A stretch of DNA of 64,000 nucleotides from Gammaproteobacteria bacterium (GTDB lineage: Bacteria; Pseudomonadota; Gammaproteobacteria; JABHGC01), in NCBI GenBank assembly GCA_027077805.1, contig JALWTS010000041.1, positions 932-64,931 on the forward strand. The letters run 5' to 3'. Numbering within the stretch: position 1 is the first letter of the stretch; each line of letters opens with the position of its first letter. A program made the translations under genes and the position numbers. Positions 19,844 through 29,853 of this stretch are shown here, in pieces. The notes under the pieces are model-generated. The model had not been told where the DNA came from and searched no databases. It saw only the letters and a program-made list of their open reading frames with translations.

Positions 19844-19907
19844 CGACTGTTTGACTAAAAAATCACCCGAATTAGAACGGTTTTAGCGATTGTTTGACAA
19901 AATCATA
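19823..19907 (+). repeat. Tandem ~43-bp duplication covering the glcD stop codon
   Basis: GAATTAGAACGATTTTAGCGACTGTTTGAC (19826-19855) against GAATTAGAACGGTTTTAGCGATTGTTTGAC (19869-19898), 28/30 identical. Flanking CC and AAAATCA are also repeated. Confidence 0.85.
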
Positions 19908-19956
19908 GGAACCAACGACACTTTGTATTAATAGCCATTTTATCCAAGGGAAAATC

Positions 19957-21159
19957 ATGATCACTGAAATTACGAATGAATCTTGGTTTAGTCGTATTAA
20001 AGAATCAATTAAGGGCATTTTATTTGGTTTTATTTTGTTTATTGCTGCGTTTCCATTATTATTTTGGAATGAAGGTCGTGCAATAAAAACGGCTAAAAGT
20101 TTAGAAGAAGGTGCGGCTAGTGTTATTTCTGTGGAAGCCAGTACCGTTGATCCAGCTAATCAAGGTAAATTAATCCATATTACTGGCAAAGCGGATACCC
20201 AAGAAGTTCTTGAAGATGCCACCTTTGGCATTAAAGAAAATGCCATTAAACTGAACCGCACGGTTGAAATGTATCAATGGCAGGAAAATAAACGATCTAG
20301 CACAGAAAAGGATTTAGGAGGTACTACGACCACTAAAACGACCTATAGTTATGAAAAAACTTGGTCAAGCCAAGTGATTTCTTCGTCTAATTTTAAAGAA
20401 TCTGGGCATGAAAATCCTAGTAGCAAATCCTATTTGGGACGCCTATTTAATGATAAAAGCGATAAGGCAAATAAAGTCAATGTTGAAGCATTTCAATTAT
20501 CCCACCGTTTCATTAATAAAATAGGCAATGCTCAAAACTTAGCGATTCAAGCCAGTGATATTGATAAACTTGATCCGATCTTACGCCATTCTGCACAAGT
20601 TGTAAATGGCATGTATTATTTAGGAGATACGCCTAATAGGCCACAAATTGGTGATTTGCGTGTGCGTTTTTCAGTAGTAAAACCAAGTGTCGTCAGTATT
20701 ATTGCTCAACAAAAAGGCAATAGTTTTATGCCGTATAAAACCAAAGTAGGACGTGAAATTGAGTTATTATATATGGGGGAATACACTGCTCAAGCAATGT
20801 TTGAGCAAGAAATGACTGACAATACTATTTTAACTTGGGTATTACGTTTCGTTGGCTTTTTAGTCATGACTTTTGGTTTATCACTAATCTTTAAACCACT
20901 GTCAGTATTAGGTGATGTGTTACCATTTATTGGCGATATTTTAGGAGCAGGCATTGGATTAATTGCAGGTGTTGTCTCGGCAGTATTAAGTTTAATTACT
21001 ATTGCGATAGCATGGTTTTTCTATCGTCCCATTTTATCATTGGTATTAATAGCCATTAGTGTTGGCATTGGATATTTGCTTAAAACTGTAAAAAAACCTG
21101 CCCGTACTGAAGTGAATCCGCAAGCGAATCCAACCCCCCCCCCTCCTCCCGCAATGTAA
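19957..21159 (+). CDS. TMEM43/DUF1625-like membrane protein
   Basis: 400 aa with an N-terminal TM segment followed by LLFWNEGR, a large middle domain, C-terminal TM helices and a proline-rich tail. The family assignment is from memory. Confidence 0.6.
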   Translation: MITEITNESWFSRIKESIKGILFGFILFIAAFPLLFWNEGRAIKTAKSLEEGAASVISVEASTVDPANQGKLIHITGKADTQEVLEDATFGIKENAIKLNRTVEMYQWQENKRSSTEKDLGGTTTTKTTYSYEKTWSSQVISSSNFKESGHENPSSKSYLGRLFNDKSDKANKVNVEAFQLSHRFINKIGNAQNLAIQASDIDKLDPILRHSAQVVNGMYYLGDTPNRPQIGDLRVRFSVVKPSVVSIIAQQKGNSFMPYKTKVGREIELLYMGEYTAQAMFEQEMTDNTILTWVLRFVGFLVMTFGLSLIFKPLSVLGDVLPFIGDILGAGIGLIAGVVSAVLSLITIAIAWFFYRPILSLVLIAISVGIGYLLKTVKKPARTEVNPQANPTPPPPPAM

Positions 21160-21167
21160 AATAAACA

Positions 21168-21455
21168 CTACCAACGATTCCAATTATCATTATTTAAACT
21201 ATCATCATTCCAATTATCGAATTGAGGTTGCTGACGGATGGCTTGCCCATGTGCCTTTAAATTTGAACCAGACCAACCATCATCACACCAATCTGACCAA
21301 TTATCACACTTAGTTTGAGCTTGAGATTTCACCTCAGCCCATACATCATCCCGTGATAATATTGTCAGTAACCATTGTGGTTTATAATCCAAATAATCGG
21401 CCAAACCAATAGAAAAACTAATCACAGCACATAAAAATGTAAATATCTTTAGCAT
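21168..21455 (-). CDS. Small secreted Trp/Asp/Asn-rich protein with two Cys, unknown function
   Basis: 95 aa. It has a signal-peptide-like N-terminus (MLKIFTFLCAVISFSIGLA), then a mature part with 8 Trp, the segment KCDNWSDWCDDGW and three DNW motifs. Confidence 0.55.
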   Translation of the reverse strand: MLKIFTFLCAVISFSIGLADYLDYKPQWLLTILSRDDVWAEVKSQAQTKCDNWSDWCDDGWSGSNLKAHGQAIRQQPQFDNWNDDSLNNDNWNRW

Positions 21456-21585
21456 ATTGCCACCTAGTATTTAGTATTTCTGTTATAATTTCACTATTTT
21501 ATCACAAAATCAATGGAACATCTGAAAAAACCACTTGTCCAATCGGTACTTAAGCAAACACCCAAAAACTAGATAGGAAGCAAAT

Positions 21586-22437
21586 ATGAGCAAAACTTAT
21601 GCAATACATGGGGCAGGTTTAGGATTGCGTCGTGGTCGTTTAATGGAGGAATTAGAACAATCGCCACCCAAACAAGTTGATTTTTATGAAGTTGCCCCTG
21701 AAAATTGGCTGATTATGGGCGGTAAATTAGGCAAACGCTTTGCTCGCTTTACCGAACAGTATCCGTTTGTCTGTCATGGTTTATCCTTATCCATTGGCAG
21801 TCCTGCCCCTTTAGATACTGACTTTGTCAAACAAGTCAAATCATTCTTAGATCAACATCAAATTCGTTGTTATTCAGAACATTTAAGTTATTGCTCAGAT
21901 CAAGGTTATTTATATGACCTAATGCCAATTCCATTTACCGAAGAAGCTGTCAATTATGTCGCAAAACGTATTATTCAAGTACAAGACATATTAGAACGCC
22001 CCTTAGCCATAGAAAATGTTTCGTATTATGCTGCTCCTTGCCAGCAAATGAGTGAAATTGATTTTATCAATGCCGTCCTAAGCCAAGCAGATTGTCAATT
22101 ATTACTCGATGTTAATAATATTTATGTTAATTCCATCAACCATAACTATGACCCTAAAGACTATTTACTTGCCTTACCAAAACAACGCATTGCCTATGCT
22201 CATATTGCAGGACATTATCACGAAGCCCAAGATTTACGCATAGATACACATGGGGCAGATGTTATCGATCCAGTATGGGAACTATTGGACTTAGCCTATC
22301 AGCATTTTGGGGTATTTCCAACCTTGTTAGAACGTGATTTTAATATTCCACCTTTAGCGGAATTATTAAAAGAAGTCGATCAAATTCAATACAAACAACA
22401 CACCTGGACTCAGCAACATGACTATTGCATTGCCTGA
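21586..22437 (+). CDS. DUF692/UPF0276 multinuclear non-heme iron oxidase (MbnB/TglH/BufB family)
   Basis: 283 aa with GLGLRR, YEVAPENW, HGLSLSIGS, SEHLSY, AIENVSYY, LLLDVNNIYVNS, HIAGH, IDTHG and PTLLERD. This is the full DUF692 signature. Confidence 0.88.
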   Translation: MSKTYAIHGAGLGLRRGRLMEELEQSPPKQVDFYEVAPENWLIMGGKLGKRFARFTEQYPFVCHGLSLSIGSPAPLDTDFVKQVKSFLDQHQIRCYSEHLSYCSDQGYLYDLMPIPFTEEAVNYVAKRIIQVQDILERPLAIENVSYYAAPCQQMSEIDFINAVLSQADCQLLLDVNNIYVNSINHNYDPKDYLLALPKQRIAYAHIAGHYHEAQDLRIDTHGADVIDPVWELLDLAYQHFGVFPTLLERDFNIPPLAELLKEVDQIQYKQHTWTQQHDYCIA

Positions 22438-23200
22438 ATTTCAACAAACTCAATACCAATTTAGTGCCTATATTCGACAACCAGAACAAAACCCAGCCCC
22501 TCAAGATGTTGAGCTGCGACGGATGCAGATTTACCAAGAATTATTTTATAACAATATTAGAGATTTTCTAACATCAGGCTTTCCAGTCATTCGTAGTTTG
22601 TATCGTGATGACCATTGGCACAGTTTAGTGCGTGATTTTTACGCCCAACATACTTGCCAAACCCCTTTATTTTTAGAACTTTATCAGGAATTTTTAGACT
22701 ATTTACAAAATGAACGTCAATTTCAAGCCAGTGATCCCCCATTTTTAATTGAACTTGCACATTATGAATGGATGGAATTAGCGATTTCCATCTCGCAAGA
22801 GGAAAATGATATGGCAAGTGTCAATGCCAATGGTGATTTACTGGCAGAATCACCTGTGTTATCCGTTGTCGCCTTACCATTAAGTTATCAATACCCTGTG
22901 CATAAAATCTCCCCTGAGTTCCAACCACAACAAACACCAGAACAAGCAACATTTTTAATCGTATATCGTGATCGTCAAGATCAAGTCGGATTTATTGAAA
23001 CCAACCCCATTACCCATAGATTATTGAGCTTATTACAACAACACCCAAATCATTCAGGATTAGCATTAATGCAAATAATTATTAATGAATTGCAACATCC
23101 GAATCCTGAAGTGGTTATTCAAGGGGGGCAAGAGATTTTGGCAGAATTGCAACAAAAAGGGGTGATTGTAGGGACAAAAATCACTGACAAAGCACTGTAA
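22418..23200 (+). CDS. DUF2063 protein (partner of DUF692; BufC/NGO1945-like)
   Basis: 260 aa with FQ..F.AYIR, RMQIYQELFYNNIRDFL and FPV. It overlaps the DUF692 gene by 20 nt. Confidence 0.8.
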   Translation: MTIALPEFQQTQYQFSAYIRQPEQNPAPQDVELRRMQIYQELFYNNIRDFLTSGFPVIRSLYRDDHWHSLVRDFYAQHTCQTPLFLELYQEFLDYLQNERQFQASDPPFLIELAHYEWMELAISISQEENDMASVNANGDLLAESPVLSVVALPLSYQYPVHKISPEFQPQQTPEQATFLIVYRDRQDQVGFIETNPITHRLLSLLQQHPNHSGLALMQIIINELQHPNPEVVIQGGQEILAELQQKGVIVGTKITDKAL

Positions 23201-23365
23201 AACCACAAGCAAACCCAACACGACAAAACCTAAAAAAAATGTCATAATGCCCTGTTGTTAATTCAGAAATATTAATGTCTCAAGTATCGTTTTCATGTTT
23301 AATAACGCTATAATCTTAGCTTAAGTTGTGATACAATGTAATCTTTTGATTTTAAATATAAATAC

Positions 23366-24937
23366 ATGAGTTCGACTATTCAAGATCGCAAGACTTTTGC
23401 CATTATTTCTCACCCTGATGCAGGAAAAACTACTTTAACCGAAAAATTATTACTATTTGGAGGTGCAATTCAGTTAGCAGGCACGGTAAAAGGCCGTAAA
23501 GCCTCACGCCATGCAACCTCTGATTGGATGGAAATGGAAAAACAACGGGGAATTTCGGTTACATCCTCGGTAATGCAGTTTCCTTATCGGGATTGTATGG
23601 TAAATTTATTAGACACCCCAGGGCATGAAGATTTTTCGGAAGATACCTATCGGACTTTAACAGCAGTGGATTCTGCGTTAATGGTGATTGATAGTGCGAA
23701 AGGGGTGGAAGATCGTACCATTAAATTAATGGAAGTTTGTCGTTTGCGTGATACGCCAATTTTAACTTTTATTAATAAACTCGATCGAGAAGGTCGAGAT
23801 GCCATAGAACTTTTAGATGAAATTGAAGAGATATTAAAAATCAATTGCGCCCCAATGACTTGGCCGATTGGCATGGGTAAACAGTTTAAAGGGGTATTTC
23901 ATATTGCGAAACAGCAATTATATTTATTCTCTGCCCAACATGGCGGCAAAATTCAACAAGGCGAGGCGATTACCGGTTTGGATAATCCTCGTTTAGATGA
24001 ACTATTAGGCGATCAAGCGGATCATTTAAGAGAAGAAATGGAATTAGTCTTAGGGGCGAGTCATGAATTTGATCAGCAACAATATTTACAAGGTAAACTT
24101 AGCCCTGTATTTTTTGGTTCAGCGATTAATAATTTTGGGGTACAAGAAATTTTAGAGGCTTTAGTCAACTATTCCCCTTCACCCTTACCGCATCAAACCT
24201 TGACTCGAAAAGTTGAGCCACAAGAACCTAAATTTAGTGGTTTTGTCTTTAAAATTCAAGCGAATATGAACCCTGCCCATAGAGATAGAATTGCCTTTTT
24301 AAGAATTTGTTCAGGGAAATACCAAAAAGGCATGAAATTAAAACATGTACGCCTTAAACGTGATATTCAAGTGAATAATGCTCTAACTTTTAGAGCTGAC
24401 ACTCGTCAAGCGATTGATACCGCTTACCCAGGTGATATTATTGGTTTGCATAATCATGGTACGATTCAAATTGGGGATGCCTTTACTCAAGGCGAAGTAT
24501 TAAAATTTACAGGCATTCCCTATTTTGCCCCTGAGCTTTTTCGTCGGGTGATTTTAAAAAATCCATTAAAATTAAAAGCCTTACAAAAAGGTTTAATACA
24601 ACTCTGTGAAGAAGGAGCAACGCAAGTATTTCGTCCTTTTAAAAATAACGATATTATTTTAGGAGCGGTAGGGAGTTTGCAATTCGATGTTACCGCTTTT
24701 CGCCTACAAAACGAATATAATGTTGCCTGTCAATTTGAAGCGGTTTCTATTGCTACAGCCCGTTGGATACAAATTGACGATGAGAAACTCAATCAACAAT
24801 TTCAACAAAAAAATCATGAATATCTTGCCAAAGATGGGGCGGATCAATTAGTCTATCTCGCCCCAACTCGGGTCAATTTAGACTTAGCCATAGAACGCTG
24901 GCCAGACGTAAACTTTCAAACTACCCGAGAACATTAA
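23366..24937 (+). CDS. prfC: Peptide chain release factor 3
   Basis: 523 aa with [33 protein letters not shown] and NKLD. Confidence 0.96.
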   Translation: MSSTIQDRKTFAIISHPDAGKTTLTEKLLLFGGAIQLAGTVKGRKASRHATSDWMEMEKQRGISVTSSVMQFPYRDCMVNLLDTPGHEDFSEDTYRTLTAVDSALMVIDSAKGVEDRTIKLMEVCRLRDTPILTFINKLDREGRDAIELLDEIEEILKINCAPMTWPIGMGKQFKGVFHIAKQQLYLFSAQHGGKIQQGEAITGLDNPRLDELLGDQADHLREEMELVLGASHEFDQQQYLQGKLSPVFFGSAINNFGVQEILEALVNYSPSPLPHQTLTRKVEPQEPKFSGFVFKIQANMNPAHRDRIAFLRICSGKYQKGMKLKHVRLKRDIQVNNALTFRADTRQAIDTAYPGDIIGLHNHGTIQIGDAFTQGEVLKFTGIPYFAPELFRRVILKNPLKLKALQKGLIQLCEEGATQVFRPFKNNDIILGAVGSLQFDVTAFRLQNEYNVACQFEAVSIATARWIQIDDEKLNQQFQQKNHEYLAKDGADQLVYLAPTRVNLDLAIERWPDVNFQTTREH

Positions 24938-25064
24938 CGATTGCCCACCTACTAAGCTCCCCGAAGGAATCAGAAATGAATTTCTGCCACTATTCTATTG
25001 TGAGAAGATTGAGAGCAAGCAATAATATCACTATCCACAAACTTAAAGAGAGCTAAAAACCAAC

Positions 25065-27290
25065 ATGAGCCATATGACTATTGAAAAAATGCCTTTGCAT
25101 GTCTTTACGGAACAAGCCTATTTAGACTATTCCATGTATGTCATTTTAGATCGTGCCTTACCGTTTATTGGTGATGGTTTAAAACCGGTACAACGGCGTA
25201 TTATTTATGCTATGTCAGAACTCGGCTTATCCGCAACCGCTAAATACAAAAAATCCGCCCGTACTGTCGGTGATGTTTTAGGTAAATTTCATCCGCATGG
25301 TGATTCCGCCTGTTATGAAGCCATGGTCTTAATGGCACAAAATTTTTCTTATCGCTATCCGTTAATTGATGGTCAAGGAAACTGGGGTTCGCCTGATGAT
25401 CCCAAATCGTTTGCAGCCATGCGTTATACCGAATCCAAACTTACCGCATATGCCAATAGTTTATTATCAGAACTAGGTCAAGATACCGTAGAATGGACGG
25501 ATAATTTTGATGGGAGTTTAAAAGAACCTTGTTATTTTCCCGCACGTTTACCCAATTTATTACTCAATGGCAGTACAGGCATTGCGGTTGGCATGGCAAC
25601 CGATGTACCCCCACATAATATGCAAGAGGTGGCTCAAGCCTGTTTGTTATTATTAAAAAACCCTCATGCTAGTTTAGAAGAGATTTGCCAATATATTGTT
25701 GCTCCCGATTATCCCACGGATGCCGAAATTATTACGCCTAAAGCAGAAATTATTGATATTTATCGTAGAGGTCAAGGCAGTATCCGACAACGTGCTGGCT
25801 ACAAACAAGAACAACAACAAGTTATTATTACTGCCCTACCCTATCAAGTCTCAGGTGCGAAGGTTTTAGAACAAATTGCACGACAAATGCAAAACAAAAA
25901 ATTGCCGATGATCGATGACTTACGCGATGAATCCGATCATGAAAACCCAACTCGTTTCGTCATGACTTTCGCACGCCGCACCCAAGTAGATATTGAACAA
26001 CTGATGCTACATTTGTTTGCAACGACTGATTTAGAACGCACTTATCGTGTTAATTTAAATATCATTGATTTAAATGGTCGTCCCCAAGTGAAAAGTCTAT
26101 TAGAAATATTACAAACATGGTTAAATTTTAGAATTGATGTTGTAAAGAAACGTTTAAATTATCGTTTAAGACAAGTCATGCAAGGTTTACATATTGTTGA
26201 AGGTTATTTAATTGCCTATCTTAACTTAGATAGAATTATTGAGATTATTCGCAGCGAAGATCATCCTAAACAAGTATTAATCACAGAAATGGCATTATCA
26301 GAACGCCAAGCCACTGCCATTTTAGAATTACGCTTAAAACAACTGGCAAAACTCGAACATCTTAAATTAAAAAAAGAGCAACAACAATTACAAAAAGAAC
26401 AACAACAATTAGCCTCCACCTTAAGCTCAGAACGTAAATTAAAAAATCTCATTCGCCGTGAAATCAGTGCCGATGTCAAACAATATGGGAATCCCCGCCA
26501 ATCACCATTAGTTGTACGCTCTCCGGCACATACCTTAAACAGCCAACCCTTAGTGCCACAAGAACCTTTAACCGTGATTTTATCAGAAAAAGGTTGGATT
26601 CGTGCCGCTAAAGGCCATGAAATGGACCCATTGAGTTTAAGCTATAAAGCAGGCGATAATTATTACCAACATATTAAAACTCAAACCAATCAAACCTTAA
26701 TCTTTTTTGATTCAATTGGGCGTAGTTATAGTTTAAATACCGATAAGCTCCCCTCAGCCAGAGGTTTTGGTGAACCCTTAACCAGCCGTCTGACGCCACC
26801 ACACGTCTCTCGGTTTTTAAATATGCTAAGCAATGCTAAACTAACACAGCGTTATTTAGTCGCATCCACCGCAGGCTATGGCTTTGTGTTAAGTCTTAAA
26901 GATTTGCTGACTAAAAATAAAGCAGGCAAAACTATCTTAAAATATCCAGAATCCCATCATGCCTTACCCTTGCAAGCCATACCTGACACCAAACAAGCAA
27001 TGGCGATTGTTGCTACGACTAATCAAGGACGGCTATTAGTATTTCCATTAGAACAATTACCGATATTAAGCAAAGGCAAAGGTAATAAAATTATTGATTT
27101 AAGTTCTAGCGAAGAACAAATGTTGAGTATAAACTTATTACAAACGGGACAAGACATTAAAATTAAAGCGGGAAAACGTCATTTTACCTTAAAATCTGGA
27201 GATATTACCCATTATTATGGTCAACGCGCCCAACGAGGTAAAAAACTACCCAGAGGCTTACAGCGAGTAGAACATGTTGAAATTATTTAA
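25065..27290 (+). CDS. parC: DNA topoisomerase IV subunit A
   Basis: 741 aa with [22 protein letters not shown], the active-site AAMRYTE and HPHGD. The size and the missing GyrA box favour ParC over GyrA. Confidence 0.92.
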   Translation: MSHMTIEKMPLHVFTEQAYLDYSMYVILDRALPFIGDGLKPVQRRIIYAMSELGLSATAKYKKSARTVGDVLGKFHPHGDSACYEAMVLMAQNFSYRYPLIDGQGNWGSPDDPKSFAAMRYTESKLTAYANSLLSELGQDTVEWTDNFDGSLKEPCYFPARLPNLLLNGSTGIAVGMATDVPPHNMQEVAQACLLLLKNPHASLEEICQYIVAPDYPTDAEIITPKAEIIDIYRRGQGSIRQRAGYKQEQQQVIITALPYQVSGAKVLEQIARQMQNKKLPMIDDLRDESDHENPTRFVMTFARRTQVDIEQLMLHLFATTDLERTYRVNLNIIDLNGRPQVKSLLEILQTWLNFRIDVVKKRLNYRLRQVMQGLHIVEGYLIAYLNLDRIIEIIRSEDHPKQVLITEMALSERQATAILELRLKQLAKLEHLKLKKEQQQLQKEQQQLASTLSSERKLKNLIRREISADVKQYGNPRQSPLVVRSPAHTLNSQPLVPQEPLTVILSEKGWIRAAKGHEMDPLSLSYKAGDNYYQHIKTQTNQTLIFFDSIGRSYSLNTDKLPSARGFGEPLTSRLTPPHVSRFLNMLSNAKLTQRYLVASTAGYGFVLSLKDLLTKNKAGKTILKYPESHHALPLQAIPDTKQAMAIVATTNQGRLLVFPLEQLPILSKGKGNKIIDLSSSEEQMLSINLLQTGQDIKIKAGKRHFTLKSGDITHYYGQRAQRGKKLPRGLQRVEHVEII

Positions 27291-27329
27291 ATTACTTATT
27301 GTTTACGCCCTATCAAGGCAAAGTGAGAA

Positions 27330-29321
27330 ATGAAAATACTATTTTGCTTAATATTGCTTATTACTGTTCATCATTCAGTGAGTGCTAATAGTGAAAGTTT
27401 AGATGATTTACTTGAAATGCCCTTAGAGGATTTACTTTCAATGGAAGTAACATCAGTGACTAAAAAATCACAATCGATTGCCAATTCAGCGGCGGCCGTT
27501 TATGTCATCACTCAAAAAATGATTCAAAATTCGGGTGTCACTAGTATTCCAGAGGCCTTACGTTTAGCACCTGGTTTGCAAGTCGCACAAATAACTTCCA
27601 ATAAATGGGCCATTTCAAGCCGAGGCTTTAACGGCTTTTTTGCCAATAAACTATTGGTGTTGATTGATGGACGCAGTGTTTACACGCCCGCATTTTCAGG
27701 GGTATATTGGGATCAGCAAGATATCTTATTAGAAGATATTGAACGGATTGAAGTCATTCGGGGCCCAGGTGCGACCCTATGGGGATCGAACGCTGTTAAT
27801 GGGGTGATTAATATTATAAGCAAATCTGCGGTAAATACGACCAATGGATTAGTTACATTAGGCACAGGTTCCCACCAAAAACGTTTACTCGGTTTTCGTT
27901 ATGGTAACAAATTAAATCAAACGACTTATGGTCGATTTTATCTCAAACAAAGCAATCGAGAGGATTTTGAAGATAATCCGTTTCCACATAAAAGCGATGA
28001 TTGGGATCAATCGCAAATAGGCTTTCGTATGGATGGACACGATAAGCAACACAACTGGACGGTACAAGGTGATTATTACCAAAGCAAACAAAACCAATTT
28101 ATTACATTTTTTTTACCGAACTCGACTATTCCAGTGCGTGTTAATGATGAAATGCAAACCAGAGGCTGGAATCTATTGGCTCAGTGGCAATACCAATTTT
28201 CATCCCAATCCATTGCTGATTTACAATTGTATTATGACGATAACTACCGTCAAGAAATTTATCTCACACAAACCCATCATATTTTTGATGTCGATTTCCA
28301 ACATCAATTTAAATTAGGCACAAAACAATCCATTATTTGGGGCTTAGGATATCGTCGTATTAAAGACAAATTTGATAATAGTTTTTCGATTGGTTTATTT
28401 CCTGATGAAAAAACGGTGGAACTTTATAGCGGTTTTATTCAAGATGAGATAGAACTTTTCGCAAATAAAGTTTATTTCACCTTAGGGTCTAAATTTGAAG
28501 ACAATGATTATACTGGCATGGAATATCAACCTAACCTTAGACTCTTATGGAAAATCAATCCACGCAATACCTTATGGACAGCAGTATCTTATGCGGTAAG
28601 AACACCCTCACGAATTTCTCATGATGTCATCTTAGCCAATGCCATTTTGCTCGTTGACACACCCGGGAATATTATCAATCCCAATATCCAACTCTTTGGT
28701 AACCCAAAATTTGATGCTGAAAAACTTATGGCATATGAACTAGGGTATCGGGTGCAAGCACAAGAAAATTTATCATTAGATATTAGCGGTTTTTATTACA
28801 ATTATCGGGATTTAAGAAGCTATGATCTCGTCACTAACCGTGTTATTTTTGACAATAATCTTAACGCAAATTCCATTGGTTTGGAAACCATTGTAGATTG
28901 GCAAGTCAAGGAATGGTGGCAATTAAAATTTAACTATACTTATATCAATATCGATGCATCATTGGACAATAGCAGTATGGATACAGGGTCTAAACGCATT
29001 GTTGAAGGCTCAACCGCAGAACATCAAATAAGCTTAACATCGTTTATGCAATTAAGTCCCAAATGGTCTATGAATCTATGGTGGCAGTATATTGATGAAA
29101 TTCCTGTTGCGAGTAGCACAGCATTGCAAACGAGGACTAAAATAGATGACTATTTAAGCCTGAATGCAAAAGTTACTTGGCAAGCCACCACCCGCCTAGA
29201 ACTATCCTTAATAGGACGGCACTTACTCGATAATCAACATCCCGAATTTATTGGTGAGGCTTTTATCATCCCAACAGAAGTCAAACGTTCTATTTATGGC
29301 ATGTTGAAGTTTCACTTTTAA
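27330..29321 (+). CDS. TonB-dependent outer-membrane receptor
   Basis: 663 aa with a signal peptide, LEDLLSMEVTSVTKK, a plug (IDGRSVY, IERIEVIRGPGATLWGSNAVNGVINII) and a beta-barrel ending in F. Confidence 0.9.
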   Translation: MKILFCLILLITVHHSVSANSESLDDLLEMPLEDLLSMEVTSVTKKSQSIANSAAAVYVITQKMIQNSGVTSIPEALRLAPGLQVAQITSNKWAISSRGFNGFFANKLLVLIDGRSVYTPAFSGVYWDQQDILLEDIERIEVIRGPGATLWGSNAVNGVINIISKSAVNTTNGLVTLGTGSHQKRLLGFRYGNKLNQTTYGRFYLKQSNREDFEDNPFPHKSDDWDQSQIGFRMDGHDKQHNWTVQGDYYQSKQNQFITFFLPNSTIPVRVNDEMQTRGWNLLAQWQYQFSSQSIADLQLYYDDNYRQEIYLTQTHHIFDVDFQHQFKLGTKQSIIWGLGYRRIKDKFDNSFSIGLFPDEKTVELYSGFIQDEIELFANKVYFTLGSKFEDNDYTGMEYQPNLRLLWKINPRNTLWTAVSYAVRTPSRISHDVILANAILLVDTPGNIINPNIQLFGNPKFDAEKLMAYELGYRVQAQENLSLDISGFYYNYRDLRSYDLVTNRVIFDNNLNANSIGLETIVDWQVKEWWQLKFNYTYINIDASLDNSSMDTGSKRIVEGSTAEHQISLTSFMQLSPKWSMNLWWQYIDEIPVASSTALQTRTKIDDYLSLNAKVTWQATTRLELSLIGRHLLDNQHPEFIGEAFIIPTEVKRSIYGMLKFHF

Positions 29322-29323
29322 TA

Positions 29324-29836
29324 ATGTTAATTCGTACAACAATGGCACTATTAACACTGCTATATCATTCTAATATGATGGCAAACAATACTGAGTACAA
29401 ACTCAAAACAGCACTTATCTATAAATTAGCGAAATTTGTAGAATGGCCAAGTGTTGACACACAAGGTTTTGGCATTTGTGTTTTAGGTGAAAATAATTTA
29501 GCCAAGGTTGCAAAGGCTTTAGAACAACGTAAAATCAAAGGAGTAGCAGTTATAGTTTACCCATTTCAACAATCAAGTAGTATTCGCAATAATTGCCAAA
29601 TTTTATACATTGCTCACACGAAACAACCATTTATTGACACTATTTTACAACAAATTCAATCAAAACCTATTTTAACGATTAGCGATATGCCTCAATTTGC
29701 ACAACAAGGTGGTATGATACAACTGAGTCTTATTAATAAAACCATTAGGTTTAAAATAAACCTTAGTCAAGTTAAAGCATCAAACTTACAAATCGCATCG
29801 CCTTTATTAAGTATCGCAGAAATTATTTCACCTTAA
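29324..29836 (+). CDS. YfiR/DUF4154 periplasmic protein
   Basis: 170 aa with a signal peptide and the LKTALIYKLAKFVEWP, FGICVLG, LTISD, GGMIQL and FKINL pattern. It starts 2 nt after the receptor stop. Confidence 0.8.
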   Translation: MLIRTTMALLTLLYHSNMMANNTEYKLKTALIYKLAKFVEWPSVDTQGFGICVLGENNLAKVAKALEQRKIKGVAVIVYPFQQSSSIRNNCQILYIAHTKQPFIDTILQQIQSKPILTISDMPQFAQQGGMIQLSLINKTIRFKINLSQVKASNLQIASPLLSIAEIISP

Positions 29837-29853
29837 TGAGAATAAAACTTTAA

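Noticed and set aside
21514-21573. 19-codon ORF directly upstream of the DUF692 gene, considered as a possible RiPP precursor
   Set aside because: It contains no cysteine (the residue modified by known DUF692 enzymes) and has no signal peptide and no obvious RBS. I mention it only as a negative result.
24971-24986. Hairpin CAGAAA-TGAA-TTTCTG after prfC, considered as a terminator
   Set aside because: It is a 6-bp AT-rich stem with no following U-tract, which is too weak to call.
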